Of a DNA stretch of 64,000 nt, positions 37,197 through 46,888 are shown one piece after another. The position numbers were made by a program, and so were the translations under genes. How positions within the stretch are numbered: the stretch's first letter is position 1; each line of letters opens with the position of its first letter. The stretch is from an uncultured Candidatus Saccharibacteria bacterium. Lineage in GTDB: Bacteria; Patescibacteriota; Minisyncoccia; Ryanbacterales; HO2-45-13. The stretch lies in the NCBI GenBank assembly GCA_964354975.1, contig CAYHBS010000002.1:16088-80087 (forward strand). Reading direction: 5' to 3'. A model generated the notes under the pieces. That model saw only the letters and a list, made by a program, of their open reading frames with translations. It searched no databases and had not been told where the DNA came from.

Positions 37197-38357
37197 ATGA
37201 ACAGCTCCCGAAAAAAAATCCTTATCATCATTTCGTTTGTCATTATTCTTTCTGGCATGAGTACGCTTTTTTGGTATTTTAATCGGCAAGAAGGCGGAGT
37301 GGCGCCGGAAGGGAATCTTCCGGACAGCGAGGGGCGTGTCGACTCTCCTGGCGTTTCAGCTGGACCGGTGGGCACTATTATCACCGAGGGGGAGGAGGCC
37401 ACGGCGGAAATCGCGCAGAATGTTATTAGCGGCGTATTTGCTCCCAACAGCGCTACCGTAAGATATATTGAGCGCGCGAGTGGACTTGTGTACGAAAAAC
37501 CGATCACGGGAGGCACGGCAATAGCACTCTCGGACAAGCGGCTTGATAACGCCTATATTGCCGATTGGGCGGGGAATGGCAGCGCCGCACTTCTCACATT
37601 TTCCACCGATGGGGTAAAACCAAATTTTGCGCACGTCGCATTCACGTCTTCAAGCTCGGTGGTCACGGTGCTTCCCGCAGAAACGCTATTTGCGGCAATC
37701 TCACCCGATGGCGCGCGCGTGGCATTTGCGAAAACGTCCACGGACGGATCAATTATTGCGAGCGCGCTCCCAAATGGCACAAAACCGATTACCCTTGCGC
37801 CGCACCCGCAAACTCAACTTCTCATGTCGTGGGACGTGAGTGCCCGCCCGGTAGTGCGCAACCCGGGCTCCGCATTTGCCGAGAGCCTTGCTTGGATGGT
37901 TGGGGGCGGCACTTATACTCCGATCGTTCCTGCGTCGTATCAGCTCTCTCTTCTTGAGCGTCCGTCCGGGCAATACATACTCTACAGTGCGGCTGAAAAA
38001 AGCACGGACGCGCCATCTCTCTACCTTATCGATACAAAAACAAAAACCACTACGGAACGACTGATGACTGCGCCATTTGCAACGTATCCGGAGAAGTGTG
38101 CCTGGGCGCGTGTAAATATGTCGGTTGTCTATTGTGCGGTTCCTACAAATATTCCAAAACAAAGTTACGACGCGTGGCTCCGTGGTGAACAACATTTTAC
38201 TGATCGCATCCTGCAGTGGGATATACTCACCGGTGAAGTAAAAACAATTGTGGAGGGAAATTTTGATGCAATTGAGCTTGCCATTGCTCCCGATGATAGT
38301 GCGCTACTTTTTGTAAACAAAAATGACTCCTCACTCTGGGGTCACATGCTCAAATAA
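37197..38357 (+). CDS. Secreted protein with TolB-like beta-propeller repeats, hypothetical
   Basis: N-terminal TM/signal anchor. Repeated ISPDGARVAFAK / IAPDDSALLF motifs typical of WD40-like (TolB/PD40) blades. Last gene of the operon. Confidence 0.45.
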   Translation: MNSSRKKILIIISFVIILSGMSTLFWYFNRQEGGVAPEGNLPDSEGRVDSPGVSAGPVGTIITEGEEATAEIAQNVISGVFAPNSATVRYIERASGLVYEKPITGGTAIALSDKRLDNAYIADWAGNGSAALLTFSTDGVKPNFAHVAFTSSSSVVTVLPAETLFAAISPDGARVAFAKTSTDGSIIASALPNGTKPITLAPHPQTQLLMSWDVSARPVVRNPGSAFAESLAWMVGGGTYTPIVPASYQLSLLERPSGQYILYSAAEKSTDAPSLYLIDTKTKTTTERLMTAPFATYPEKCAWARVNMSVVYCAVPTNIPKQSYDAWLRGEQHFTDRILQWDILTGEVKTIVEGNFDAIELAIAPDDSALLFVNKNDSSLWGHMLK

Positions 38358-38370
38358 TATTTGCGCGTGG

Positions 38371-38838
38371 CTACGGATATGGACGGATCACGACGCACCG
38401 CGCATGACCCTCCCCTGTTGATTCAGTAGTGATGTCTGGATATTCTTGGAGCGTCACGTGCACAATGCGTCGCTCAAACGCTGACATCGGCGCGAGTACG
38501 ACCTCCTTTTTGAAATACCGCACTCGCTGAGCGCCCATGCGGGCCTGGTCGCGTAATTCCTCATATTGCTTCCTTCGATAATCATTTACATCCACCAATA
38601 TTTGGGCGCTATCATGACCAAGCTCGTGCTCCATAATGCGTCGGATCATATGATTGAGTGCTTGGAGTCGTGCGCCATCTTCACCAATGAGCACTCCGGC
38701 TTCGGGAGTGCGAATCGTGAGCGTGAGTGTATCTCCAAGGGCACCTTCTTCAAGGGTGCCGGAAACGCCCATGAGTTTAAGCAGCGTCTCGAGGTGTTGC
38801 GCCGCTCGTTGTGATATGTTGTGTTCCTGTGGATTCAT
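38371..38838 (-). CDS. jag: Jag/KhpB-like RNA-binding protein (KH plus R3H domains)
   Basis: VLIGEDGARLQALNHMIRRI (KH-like) and ERRIVHVTLQEY (R3H). The true start may be the internal Met at about 38772, which would avoid the 62-nt overlap with yidC. Confidence 0.7.
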   Translation of the reverse strand: MNPQEHNISQRAAQHLETLLKLMGVSGTLEEGALGDTLTLTIRTPEAGVLIGEDGARLQALNHMIRRIMEHELGHDSAQILVDVNDYRRKQYEELRDQARMGAQRVRYFKKEVVLAPMSAFERRIVHVTLQEYPDITTESTGEGHARCVVIRPYP

Positions 38839-39556
38839 ATCTCATAGTTGCTGCGCGTTTACGCACAATTCCTTCGTGCACTATAGCAAGCACATTCATC
38901 ACTGTCCAATACAGCGGCAGGGCTGCGGCAAACTTCATACCAAAGAGCCCCACCATCAGTGGAATGATGTATGGCATTTGTGTCTGCATCGCTCGTTGAA
39001 ATTCTGGACCAAATCCCTCGCCACGTTGTGGTTGCGCTTTTTGTTTCGTCATCATCAACTTCACTTGGACGAATTGTGTGATGGCCGCAAGAATAGCAAG
39101 CGGAATAAATGGTTGCGAGAGATTAATTCCTAAAAACATCATATTAATATAATCAGGATGTGGTACAAAACTGTATAGCTGCGCAGAAATATCTCCGGTC
39201 AGTCCGTGTTGAAATATTTTAAAGAGCGCAATCAGGATAGGGAGTTGTATGAGTAGCAAAAAAAATGAGGTAAATGGATTGATGCCATGTTTTTTGTACA
39301 GCTCAAGGGTGCGGCGAGCGAGCTCCTCTCGATTGTCTTTATGTTCCTCTTTCAGGGCGGTGAGGTGGGGCTCCAAATGTTTCATTGCTTCCTGCACTTT
39401 TGTTGCGCGGTGTTGAAGAGGGAAGAGAATGGTGCGCACACATATGGTAATAATGATGACCGCGTATCCTACGCTTTGATCGGGCATTATGGCGGTCAGC
39501 GCAATAATGGCATTGAGCAGTGGCTGGTAGATAATTGTGGTATAGAGAAATTTCAT
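38777..39556 (-). CDS. yidC: Membrane protein insertase YidC (short Gram-positive/Oxa1 type)
   Basis: GYAVIIITICVRTILFPLQHRATKVQ...ELYKKHGINPFTSFFLLLIQLPILIALF are conserved YidC/Oxa1 core helices. Confidence 0.85.
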   Translation of the reverse strand: MKFLYTTIIYQPLLNAIIALTAIMPDQSVGYAVIIITICVRTILFPLQHRATKVQEAMKHLEPHLTALKEEHKDNREELARRTLELYKKHGINPFTSFFLLLIQLPILIALFKIFQHGLTGDISAQLYSFVPHPDYINMMFLGINLSQPFIPLAILAAITQFVQVKLMMTKQKAQPQRGEGFGPEFQRAMQTQMPYIIPLMVGLFGMKFAAALPLYWTVMNVLAIVHEGIVRKRAATMRYESTGTQHITTSGATPRDAA

Positions 39557-39891
39557 ATGAGTATACGTGCGAGTGTTTGTGTCACATCTTTTAACAAATC
39601 CTCTGGCGATACTTCGCTCGCATCTGTTTTGAGTCGAATAACGACATCATACCCTTTTTGCACCCTGGGAACAATTTTTGTACGTATACATTCAGTCACT
39701 TTTCGCTTATTCCGGTTTCTCACCACCGCAAACTTTGAGACACTTTTTGGAACTACCACACAAAAGCGTGTGAATTCGCTATCGCTGCGTAAGATGTGAC
39801 ACAAAACAAAATGGCCATGAAGACGAATTCCCGTCGACATGGCACGCCGAATGTCTGTATCGCTTTTCAGCCGCGAGTGTGGCGGCAACAT
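39553..39891 (-). CDS. rnpA: Ribonuclease P protein component
   Basis: RNR motif region (FAVVRNRNKRKVTE). 112 aa. Located between rpmH and yidC. Confidence 0.85.
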   Translation of the reverse strand: MLPPHSRLKSDTDIRRAMSTGIRLHGHFVLCHILRSDSEFTRFCVVVPKSVSKFAVVRNRNKRKVTECIRTKIVPRVQKGYDVVIRLKTDASEVSPEDLLKDVTQTLARILI

Positions 39892-39901
39892 ACGAATATG
39901 A

Positions 39902-40036
39902 TTATACCGTAAGACGCTTACGTCCTTTTGCTCGGCGCCGTTTCACAACCTTCACGCCTCCAGCACTGCGCCGTCGCTTTAAAAAGCCATGGGAACGGCT
40001 CCGTTTTCTCTTTTTTGGTTGATAGGTAACTGACAT
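39902..40036 (-). CDS. rpmH: 50S ribosomal protein L34 (not in the supplied ORF track; below the length cutoff)
   Basis: Minus-strand translation [44 protein letters not shown] (44 aa), a canonical L34, directly upstream of rnpA. Confidence 0.85.
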   Translation of the reverse strand: MSVTYQPKKRKRSRSHGFLKRRRSAGGVKVVKRRRAKGRKRLTV

Positions 40037-40170
40037 ATCTTGTGAAAATCATTATACACATGTCATACACACCTTGTAAACACTTAGGGCGTAAAACCAT
40101 TTTTTGCGTAGTTGGCTCACTTGTTGCACACTAGAGGGTAAACAGAGTAAAACATAACTACACCCACCAT
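40037..40170. promoter_or_regulatory. rpmH-dnaA intergenic region with tandem DnaA boxes (TTATACACA at 40052-40060 and adjacent TCATACACA); a candidate part of oriC
   Basis: The consensus TTATNCACA is matched exactly once and once with one mismatch. Divergent rpmH and dnaA promoters are expected here. Confidence 0.55.
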
Positions 40171-41550
40171 ATGCAACAACCCATCAATCACCAAGAACTG
40201 TGGCAAAAGGTTCTGAGTCAGATGGAACTAGAGACATCAAAGGCAAATTTCGCAACATGGTTTCAAAATACGACGCTCCAGGGCATCCAAGACGGCACTG
40301 CGCTCATTACCGTTCCGAATGCATTTGCTAAAGAGTGGTTAGAAAGAAAATATCATCGCTCCATTGTCAAGGCCCTACGGGACCAGACTGATGCGGTGCG
40401 TTCGGTAAATTACGCGATTAGTTCGCTCATTCAAAATCAGCGTCTCCAGAAAAAGATTGACCAACCACTCGAGGAACGGCATGAGCAGCTGGAATTTAAG
40501 GAGTTTTCGGTCGATCGTGAGACAAATCTTAACCCCAGATATACATTCGATAGCTTTATTGTTGGGTCGTTTAATGAACTAGCACATGCGGCCGCGCTAT
40601 CAATTACAAAGAGTATGGGATCACTCTATAATCCTTTTTTCGTCTATGGGGGGGTTGGGCTTGGGAAAACACATCTCCTTCAGGCAATCGGGAATGAGGT
40701 AAAAAAAATACACCCCAATTACCGTATTTTATACCTCACATCTGAAAGGTTTATGAATGAGCTCATCACACTCATTCAAAACCGAGAGCCCCTTGGGGCG
40801 TTTAAAGAAAAATATCGTGCGGTTGATCTTTTAATTATTGATGATATTCAGTTTATTGCGGGAAAGAATAAGACAGAGGAGGAGTTTTTCCACACATTTA
40901 ATGTGCTCTACGAGTTAGGTAAGCAGATTGTGTTTTCATCCGACAAACCCCCACAGATCATTCCAAATTTAGAAGCACGGCTGCGCTCACGTTTTGAGGC
41001 GGGGCTTATTGTTGATATTGGTCAACCTGAATATGAGTCACGCCTTGCAATACTCAAAGCAAAAGCGCTTGAAAAGCACTATATTCCCCCGGAAGAGGTG
41101 TTGGAATATATTGCGTCTCTCATTCAACAAAATATTCGTGAATTAGAAGGAGCGTTGAATATTTTAATTGCAAAAACCCGTCTCCGTACCCAACCACTAT
41201 CTATTGATGAGGCAAAACAGACACTGGAGCAGTTAAATCTCCAAGCACAACGTGTGGTCACTACGTCGCAGATTTTAAAGACGGTGGCTGAATTTTTTGG
41301 GATTGAAGAAAAAGATTTGTTCGCGAGAAGTCGTAAGAGGGAGGTGGTAAAACCCAGACAAATTGCGATGTACTTGCTTCGTGAAGATTTTCATGGATCA
41401 TATCCGTATATCGGACAAAAATTAGGTGGGAGAGACCACACCACCGCATTACATGCGCACGATAAGATCACAACGGATTTGAAAAAGAATGGAAAACTTG
41501 TGGAAGAAATTAGACTCATCAGGGAAAAGTTGTACAAAACTTCTCCGTAG
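40171..41550 (+). CDS. dnaA: Chromosomal replication initiator protein DnaA
   Basis: AAA+ Walker A GGVGLGKTHLLQAIGN, Walker B LLIIDDIQF, and C-terminal DNA-binding helix region (IAMYLLRE...IGQKLGGRDHTT). Confidence 0.92.
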   Translation: MQQPINHQELWQKVLSQMELETSKANFATWFQNTTLQGIQDGTALITVPNAFAKEWLERKYHRSIVKALRDQTDAVRSVNYAISSLIQNQRLQKKIDQPLEERHEQLEFKEFSVDRETNLNPRYTFDSFIVGSFNELAHAAALSITKSMGSLYNPFFVYGGVGLGKTHLLQAIGNEVKKIHPNYRILYLTSERFMNELITLIQNREPLGAFKEKYRAVDLLIIDDIQFIAGKNKTEEEFFHTFNVLYELGKQIVFSSDKPPQIIPNLEARLRSRFEAGLIVDIGQPEYESRLAILKAKALEKHYIPPEEVLEYIASLIQQNIRELEGALNILIAKTRLRTQPLSIDEAKQTLEQLNLQAQRVVTTSQILKTVAEFFGIEEKDLFARSRKREVVKPRQIAMYLLREDFHGSYPYIGQKLGGRDHTTALHAHDKITTDLKKNGKLVEEIRLIREKLYKTSP

Positions 41551-41730
41551 TAATGAGAAAAAATCGTATGGGGAATTTTCTTCCAGTCTTCATCCACATC
41601 TTATCAGTGGTGTACAAATAAAAAAGAATTGAAATACCCTTGTAGTAACATAATATTTATCCTTCCACACATATGCACGTAGGTAATAATAGTAATAAGT
41701 ATTTAATAAAGAAATAATTATATTATTACT
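41551..41730. promoter_or_regulatory. dnaA-dnaN intergenic AT-rich region with DnaA-box-like sites (TCATCCACA at 41590-41598) and an AT-rich DNA-unwinding-element-like stretch; a candidate oriC
   Basis: 180 bp at over 75% AT with box-like 9-mers. This is the classical position of oriC between dnaA and dnaN. Confidence 0.5.
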
Positions 41731-42843
41731 ATGCAGTTTGAATGTGTTGCTGAATATTTAAAGAAATCTGTAAGTATTGTTGAGCGTGTTGTTGGAAAAA
41801 ATCCAGCCGTTCCAATTCTTAGTACCATTCTTTTTACATACGAGCAGGGTAGAGTAATTATTGCAGCAACAAATCTCGAAATTGGGGTTGAAACATCCTT
41901 TCCTTGTTCCGGGGGGAAATACGGAGCGATAGCAATCCCTGCGCGTGTATTTTCGTCATTTCTCCTTGGTGTTGAAAATACCGCAAACCTTATTATTGGT
42001 CTTCATAATCACCAACTCACTATTGACGTTCATAATCAGCAAACAAAATTTCAAACACTTCCCACAAATGAGTTTCCTCCATTTCCCACACAACACGATA
42101 GTGCGGTCATTACCGTGCACCGATCATTATTCATTGATGCAGTAGGAAGGGTTGTTGTTGCCGCGTCCCCATTTAATATTCGTCAAGAGCTTGGATCGGT
42201 ACTCTTTCGTGTGAGGCAAGATCTCGTGTGTGTTGCCACAGATAGTTTTCGATTAGTAGAGGTACGTATTGCTCCTGGAGAATTTACCACGACCGAGCGG
42301 ACGCAACAATTTATGATTCCCGTACATGTTGTTGATGAGTGTGTACGTATTTTTAAAGAAAGCGCAGATGAAACGATCGCGCTCCACTTTTCACCACAAA
42401 GCGTCACTATTCGCTCTAAAGAAACCACCGTCTATTCACGACTCATTGATGGGGTATTTCCCGCGTATGAAGAAATTATTCCAAAACAATTTATCACGGA
42501 GTGTGTGGTGGATCGCCAAGAACTCTTACAGCACCTCAAGCAGGCGAAATTATTTTCTGGGAAACTCCACGATGTATATCTCTCATTCACATCAGATGGA
42601 GGTGTGTCCATCACCTCCGAAAGTCCTGATGTGGGTCAATACCACGCCGCGCTCCCAGCGCACATTACAGGGGAGGGGGTGAATATTACACTGAATTGGA
42701 AGTATATGATTGATGCGCTTCAAACATTTACGGAGCGAGAGGTATTTATTGGGGCGAACAAGGGAAAGGATGCGGTATTATTTAAAAACACCTCAAGTAC
42801 TCACAAACACATTATTATGCCGATGCGTGGTTTGAGAGAATAA
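41731..42843 (+). CDS. dnaN: DNA polymerase III beta subunit (sliding clamp)
   Basis: 370 aa with three beta-clamp domain repeats. N-terminal MQFECVAEYLKKSVSIVERVVGKNPAVPILSTILF is typical. Confidence 0.88.
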   Translation: MQFECVAEYLKKSVSIVERVVGKNPAVPILSTILFTYEQGRVIIAATNLEIGVETSFPCSGGKYGAIAIPARVFSSFLLGVENTANLIIGLHNHQLTIDVHNQQTKFQTLPTNEFPPFPTQHDSAVITVHRSLFIDAVGRVVVAASPFNIRQELGSVLFRVRQDLVCVATDSFRLVEVRIAPGEFTTTERTQQFMIPVHVVDECVRIFKESADETIALHFSPQSVTIRSKETTVYSRLIDGVFPAYEEIIPKQFITECVVDRQELLQHLKQAKLFSGKLHDVYLSFTSDGGVSITSESPDVGQYHAALPAHITGEGVNITLNWKYMIDALQTFTEREVFIGANKGKDAVLFKNTSSTHKHIIMPMRGLRE

Positions 42844-43127
42844 TGTTTCAATCTCTCGAATCATATTTTCAAAAACACCGGCGTGCGTTCGTGCGCACAC
42901 AATATACAAACCCTGCCAATATTCAGGGTGTACTCAATCAAATCTTTGAAGAGCTCCATGTTCCTGTGAAAGTGGATGAAAAGCGTGTGATGGTGAAAAA
43001 TAGCACCATTATCATACAAGGACTATCAGGTGGGGAGCGTCATTTGATTGTAAAAAGAAATCAGGAACTCTGCACACTTCTCTCGTCCCGCACCGGAGGC
43101 GTGATTACGGACGCGCGATTTCAATAA
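42843..43127 (+). CDS. Small protein downstream of dnaN, possibly DUF721/DciA-like
   Basis: 94 aa. Position and size resemble DUF721 proteins found after dnaN/recF. Sequence similarity is only qualitative. Its stop and start overlap dnaN (ATAATG). Confidence 0.35.
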   Translation: MFQSLESYFQKHRRAFVRTQYTNPANIQGVLNQIFEELHVPVKVDEKRVMVKNSTIIIQGLSGGERHLIVKRNQELCTLLSSRTGGVITDARFQ

Positions 43128-45594
43128 TTGCGCTGACAGAACCACGATTCTCCATAGTGTCATACATACGCACCTGGAGATCCCCAGAGGCATCTTCGCC
43201 ATCTTCTGATTTTGGGATTTCAAAAGTAATCGATGAAAAATTGCTCGTTTGGGATTTGATAAATTCACCATTCCAAAATATATCCAAGTGTTTAATTGGG
43301 TATGTTGCGGTTGTTCGTAGTCCCACCGAAAAAGAAACCCCCGGAGGTACTGGACTCGTGGGAAGGTTCAGTAGTTTTCCGGTCGGTTGAAACTGTGGAA
43401 GATGCACATCGTCCGTCTCCATAGGAATGGAGTTCAAATTTGAAAGCCCTTGTGCGGCAGCCCATACTGCGACGGGCGCCTCCCAGTTACGATATTGTGG
43501 ATCAGACGCGGGGTTTGTTGGGACGGGTCCACGCGGCGTGTCCTTATCAACCCAATGGAGAATATCATGGGTCTCCTGAATAATTCGCTCTTCTCTCACG
43601 TCCTCCGGAGTAAATTCAGTCGCAAGCTTTCCAGAAATCCTATCAATGGTGTATATCCGTGAACCCCTCCACTCACCGTTGAGTACTGGTTTTGTTACCG
43701 ATGCATCGGGTGTATACGTTTGAAATACTTCATGGGGATATTTTGTCAACGCATAGTCCATAAATTCTCTCCACAGCGGAGCGACAATAAATCCCGCAAC
43801 TTGTTTGATGACCGGAGAGTTATCATTATTCCCAGCCCACGCCCCCACAACCACGCCACTGCTATACCCAACAGTCCACGAGTCTCGAAAATCATTCGAT
43901 GTTCCTGTTTTAACCGCTACGTCCCCTGCAGGGAAATAGAGTGGGGACTCGGCGCCAAACATTGGTGTACGCGCCCTATTGTCCGAGAGCACACTGGATA
44001 TTGCGCTCGCGGTAGATGGTTGTAACACAGGAGTGCTGGTGACTTCCTGTTCATACACCACCGATCCGCTATTTGTCTCAATTTTCAAAATTGCGGCGTG
44101 CGGGACAAATACCCCATTATTTGAGAATGTGGCATATGCATTTGTTAGTTCGAGTGGTATCACCTCGCCACCCCCAAGGACGAGCGAGAGTCCGAATCTA
44201 CTTGGATCGGTAAGTGTGGAGATGCCCATTTTTCGCGCAAGCGTGAGCACCGTATTCATTCCTGTGAGATAGAGTACTTTTACCGCAGGAATATTGATTG
44301 ACTGTGCGAGCGCATCACGCAGCATTATCGGGCCTCTGAATTTCAGGTCATAATTTTGCGGTGTGTAGGACGCAGAGTTAATGGTAGAAAATTCCGTTCC
44401 GAGATCAAAGACTACTGTTTCGGGAGTGTACCCTTTTTCAAAGGCGGCGGCGTAGACTATAGGTTTAAATGATGACCCTGGCTGGCGACGAGCGAGGGTG
44501 ACGTTGTAATTTCCATCATGATCAATGTCAAAATAATCTCGTGACCCAACCATCGCAAGAATTTGCCCCGTTTTTGGTTCGAGCGCCACGAGACCCGCAT
44601 TTGTTGCGTTGAAATTTTTTGAGTTTGATTCGGCGTATTTTGCAACCACCTCTTCTCCGCGCGCCTGCATCTCCACATCGAGCGATGTGATTACTTTAAA
44701 TCCCTGCTGCTCCACCTCGAGCTCCGGGAACTCTTCTTCAAGAAGTGATCGCACGTACATGACAAAGTGTGGGGCGCGGATACCGCGGGCGGACGGCGCG
44801 AGAAATGTCACTGATTCCTTCAGTCCCGCAGCATATTCTTCGTCAGTGAGGTAGTGGAGATCTTTCATGCGGGAGAGCACTAAATTTTTCCGCTCCTCAA
44901 GGAGATTGCGATTATTACCGTACGGAGAATATCGTGTTGGGGCGTTAGCAATTGCTGCAATGTATGCGGATTCCGCAAGAGAAAGTTCAGATGCGTGTTT
45001 GCCAAAAAATGTTTGTGCGGCTGATTCAATACCATACGCATTTGATCCGTACGGGATTTCATTGAGATACAAACTAAGAATCTCGTCCTTCGCGTACACG
45101 GTTTCGAGCTTCAGTGCGATAATGGCCTCTTTCACTTTTCGTATAATGGTCTGGCGCGGATTCAGGAGCGCATATTTTACAAGTTGTTGTGTGATGGTGG
45201 ATCCTCCTTGCTTAATCTCTCCCGAGAGAACATCAACAACGAGTGCGCGAAGAATTCCGCGGATGTCTACGCCGGGGTGTGAGTAAAAATCCGCATCTTC
45301 AATAGCAACGGTTGCATTTTTAACATTACGCCCAATTTCTTCAAACGGCACCACGGTGCGACGCTCTTCTCCGTGAAGTTCCCAGAGGAGAATTTGACCA
45401 GTGCGGTCGTAAATTTTTGTTGACTCCACCACCTCACGCTCAGAAAAACTTTCGATATTTGGGATAGAAATAAAGTAAAAGAAAAGCACGAACACAATCA
45501 TCCCGGAAAGCAATAACCCGCAAAGGAGCACCGCAGCGGAGAGCATGGGATGTGTCCGTATGGTGTGCGTGATTGTAAATGTGCGGCGCTTCAT
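43105..45594 (-). CDS. Bifunctional class A penicillin-binding protein (glycosyltransferase GT51 plus transpeptidase) with C-terminal extension
   Basis: GT51 motifs (EDADFYSHPGVD, GGSTITQQL). Transpeptidase SSFKP (SxxK), SxN and KTG(T) motifs. N-terminal TM anchor. Confidence 0.88.
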   Translation of the reverse strand: MKRRTFTITHTIRTHPMLSAAVLLCGLLLSGMIVFVLFFYFISIPNIESFSEREVVESTKIYDRTGQILLWELHGEERRTVVPFEEIGRNVKNATVAIEDADFYSHPGVDIRGILRALVVDVLSGEIKQGGSTITQQLVKYALLNPRQTIIRKVKEAIIALKLETVYAKDEILSLYLNEIPYGSNAYGIESAAQTFFGKHASELSLAESAYIAAIANAPTRYSPYGNNRNLLEERKNLVLSRMKDLHYLTDEEYAAGLKESVTFLAPSARGIRAPHFVMYVRSLLEEEFPELEVEQQGFKVITSLDVEMQARGEEVVAKYAESNSKNFNATNAGLVALEPKTGQILAMVGSRDYFDIDHDGNYNVTLARRQPGSSFKPIVYAAAFEKGYTPETVVFDLGTEFSTINSASYTPQNYDLKFRGPIMLRDALAQSINIPAVKVLYLTGMNTVLTLARKMGISTLTDPSRFGLSLVLGGGEVIPLELTNAYATFSNNGVFVPHAAILKIETNSGSVVYEQEVTSTPVLQPSTASAISSVLSDNRARTPMFGAESPLYFPAGDVAVKTGTSNDFRDSWTVGYSSGVVVGAWAGNNDNSPVIKQVAGFIVAPLWREFMDYALTKYPHEVFQTYTPDASVTKPVLNGEWRGSRIYTIDRISGKLATEFTPEDVREERIIQETHDILHWVDKDTPRGPVPTNPASDPQYRNWEAPVAVWAAAQGLSNLNSIPMETDDVHLPQFQPTGKLLNLPTSPVPPGVSFSVGLRTTATYPIKHLDIFWNGEFIKSQTSNFSSITFEIPKSEDGEDASGDLQVRMYDTMENRGSVSAIIEIARP

Positions 45595-45869
45595 AGGGAA
45601 GAGAACATACCCTACCTGCGGGAGGGTACATCCTATTGTTTATATTAAATCTTCGTCAAGCACATCCTCGGCGTCTTCGGCGTTCTTTTCCACCACTAAC
45701 GCTTTTTCCAATGCTTCAGTTTCCGTCTCTTCGACTTCGTCTGGCATGAATTCCTCAAACTGATCCATATAAATGATATGTGGAGGGGGTTAGTAATCAG
45801 TGCCCTATTCTTATCAAGAACTCGCGTGGGTGTAAAGAGTGTATTGTGTGTGGAGTATGTGTGGACAAC

Positions 45870-46346
45870 TCAAGGACGATACAACCGTTCTGCTGTAATA
45901 GCAATTGCGATTGCGTCCATCACGTCGTCTTGAGTGATACCTGACGGACGAGAAAGGATGCGTTCCACCATATGCCGTACTTGCACTTTCTCCGCGCGCC
46001 CATGTCCGGTAAGCGCGAGCTTCACTTGATTGGGGGTAATGTCCAAAATAGGAACAGCGTGTGATGCGAGCAGTGCGAGCACGGCGCCGCGCGCCTCTGC
46101 GACTCCGATGGCAGTTTTTACATTTTTTGCCATATAAAGCGTTTCCACCCCAGCGGCACTTGGACTATACGTCATAACGATACCAGCGAGCGCTTGTTGC
46201 GCGGTCCACAGTCGGTCAGCGATGTGCTGCGTTGCAGGTGTTTCAATGAGCGCAGCGTACACGAGCGTAATAGTACCGTTACTACCCAAAGAGACCACTG
46301 CGACACCAAGTCTGCCATATCCAGGATCAATTCCGAGAATATTCAT
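45870..46346 (-). CDS. ruvC: Crossover junction endodeoxyribonuclease RuvC
   Basis: MNILGIDPGYGRLGVAVV with the catalytic Asp, RNase H-like fold. 158 aa. Confidence 0.88.
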   Translation of the reverse strand: MNILGIDPGYGRLGVAVVSLGSNGTITLVYAALIETPATQHIADRLWTAQQALAGIVMTYSPSAAGVETLYMAKNVKTAIGVAEARGAVLALLASHAVPILDITPNQVKLALTGHGRAEKVQVRHMVERILSRPSGITQDDVMDAIAIAITAERLYRP

Positions 46347-46888
46347 TCTCCGGCGTCGTTGGTGTAAATATCCTGCACATCGTCGTGATCGTCAAGCGCG
46401 TCCACCAGACGCTCGAGCGTGGCACGATCTTCAACTCCAAGTGTTATCAGGGAGTATTCTTTGGGCTCCCACCCCTCGGCCGTCTTATCGAACGCCCAAA
46501 GAACGCTGCCGGACTGGGCCCACTTTCCCCCAACAGCTCTCAACAGATGTTTTATTTCGTTGGAAGTGCGATTATTATTGTCGGTGATACCAAGGATTAG
46601 TACCGCCACACCTCCCGGTCCGTACGCTTCATAGAGCACGGAAGACAGCGTTTCCTCTCCCGCTCCCGTCGCTTTTGCAATCGCGCGGTCGATATTGTCA
46701 CTTGGCATGTTCAGTGAGCGCGCCTTCTCGATCGCGGACGCAAGTGTCGCATTCCCGCTCGGATCCACTCCCTTTTCACGCGCCGCTATCGTGATGGCGC
46801 GTGCAAGCTTTGAAAATAACTTTCCGCGACGCGCGTCGGTAGATGCCTTTTTATGTTTAATTTGTGCCCACTTGGAATGTCCCGCCAT
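46343..46888 (-). CDS. YebC/PmpR-family DNA-binding regulator (short form)
   Basis: MAGHSKWAQIKHKKASTDARRGKLFSKLARAITIAAREKG is the invariant YebC N-terminus. Overlaps ruvC by 4 nt. Confidence 0.8.
   Translation of the reverse strand: MAGHSKWAQIKHKKASTDARRGKLFSKLARAITIAAREKGVDPSGNATLASAIEKARSLNMPSDNIDRAIAKATGAGEETLSSVLYEAYGPGGVAVLILGITDNNNRTSNEIKHLLRAVGGKWAQSGSVLWAFDKTAEGWEPKEYSLITLGVEDRATLERLVDALDDHDDVQDIYTNDAGE

Noticed and set aside
45636-45767. 43-aa acidic minus-strand mini-ORF (MDQFEEFMPDEVEETETEALEKA...)
   Set aside because: No SD upstream and no conservation cue. Probably a chance ORF in the PBP1A-ruvC intergenic region.
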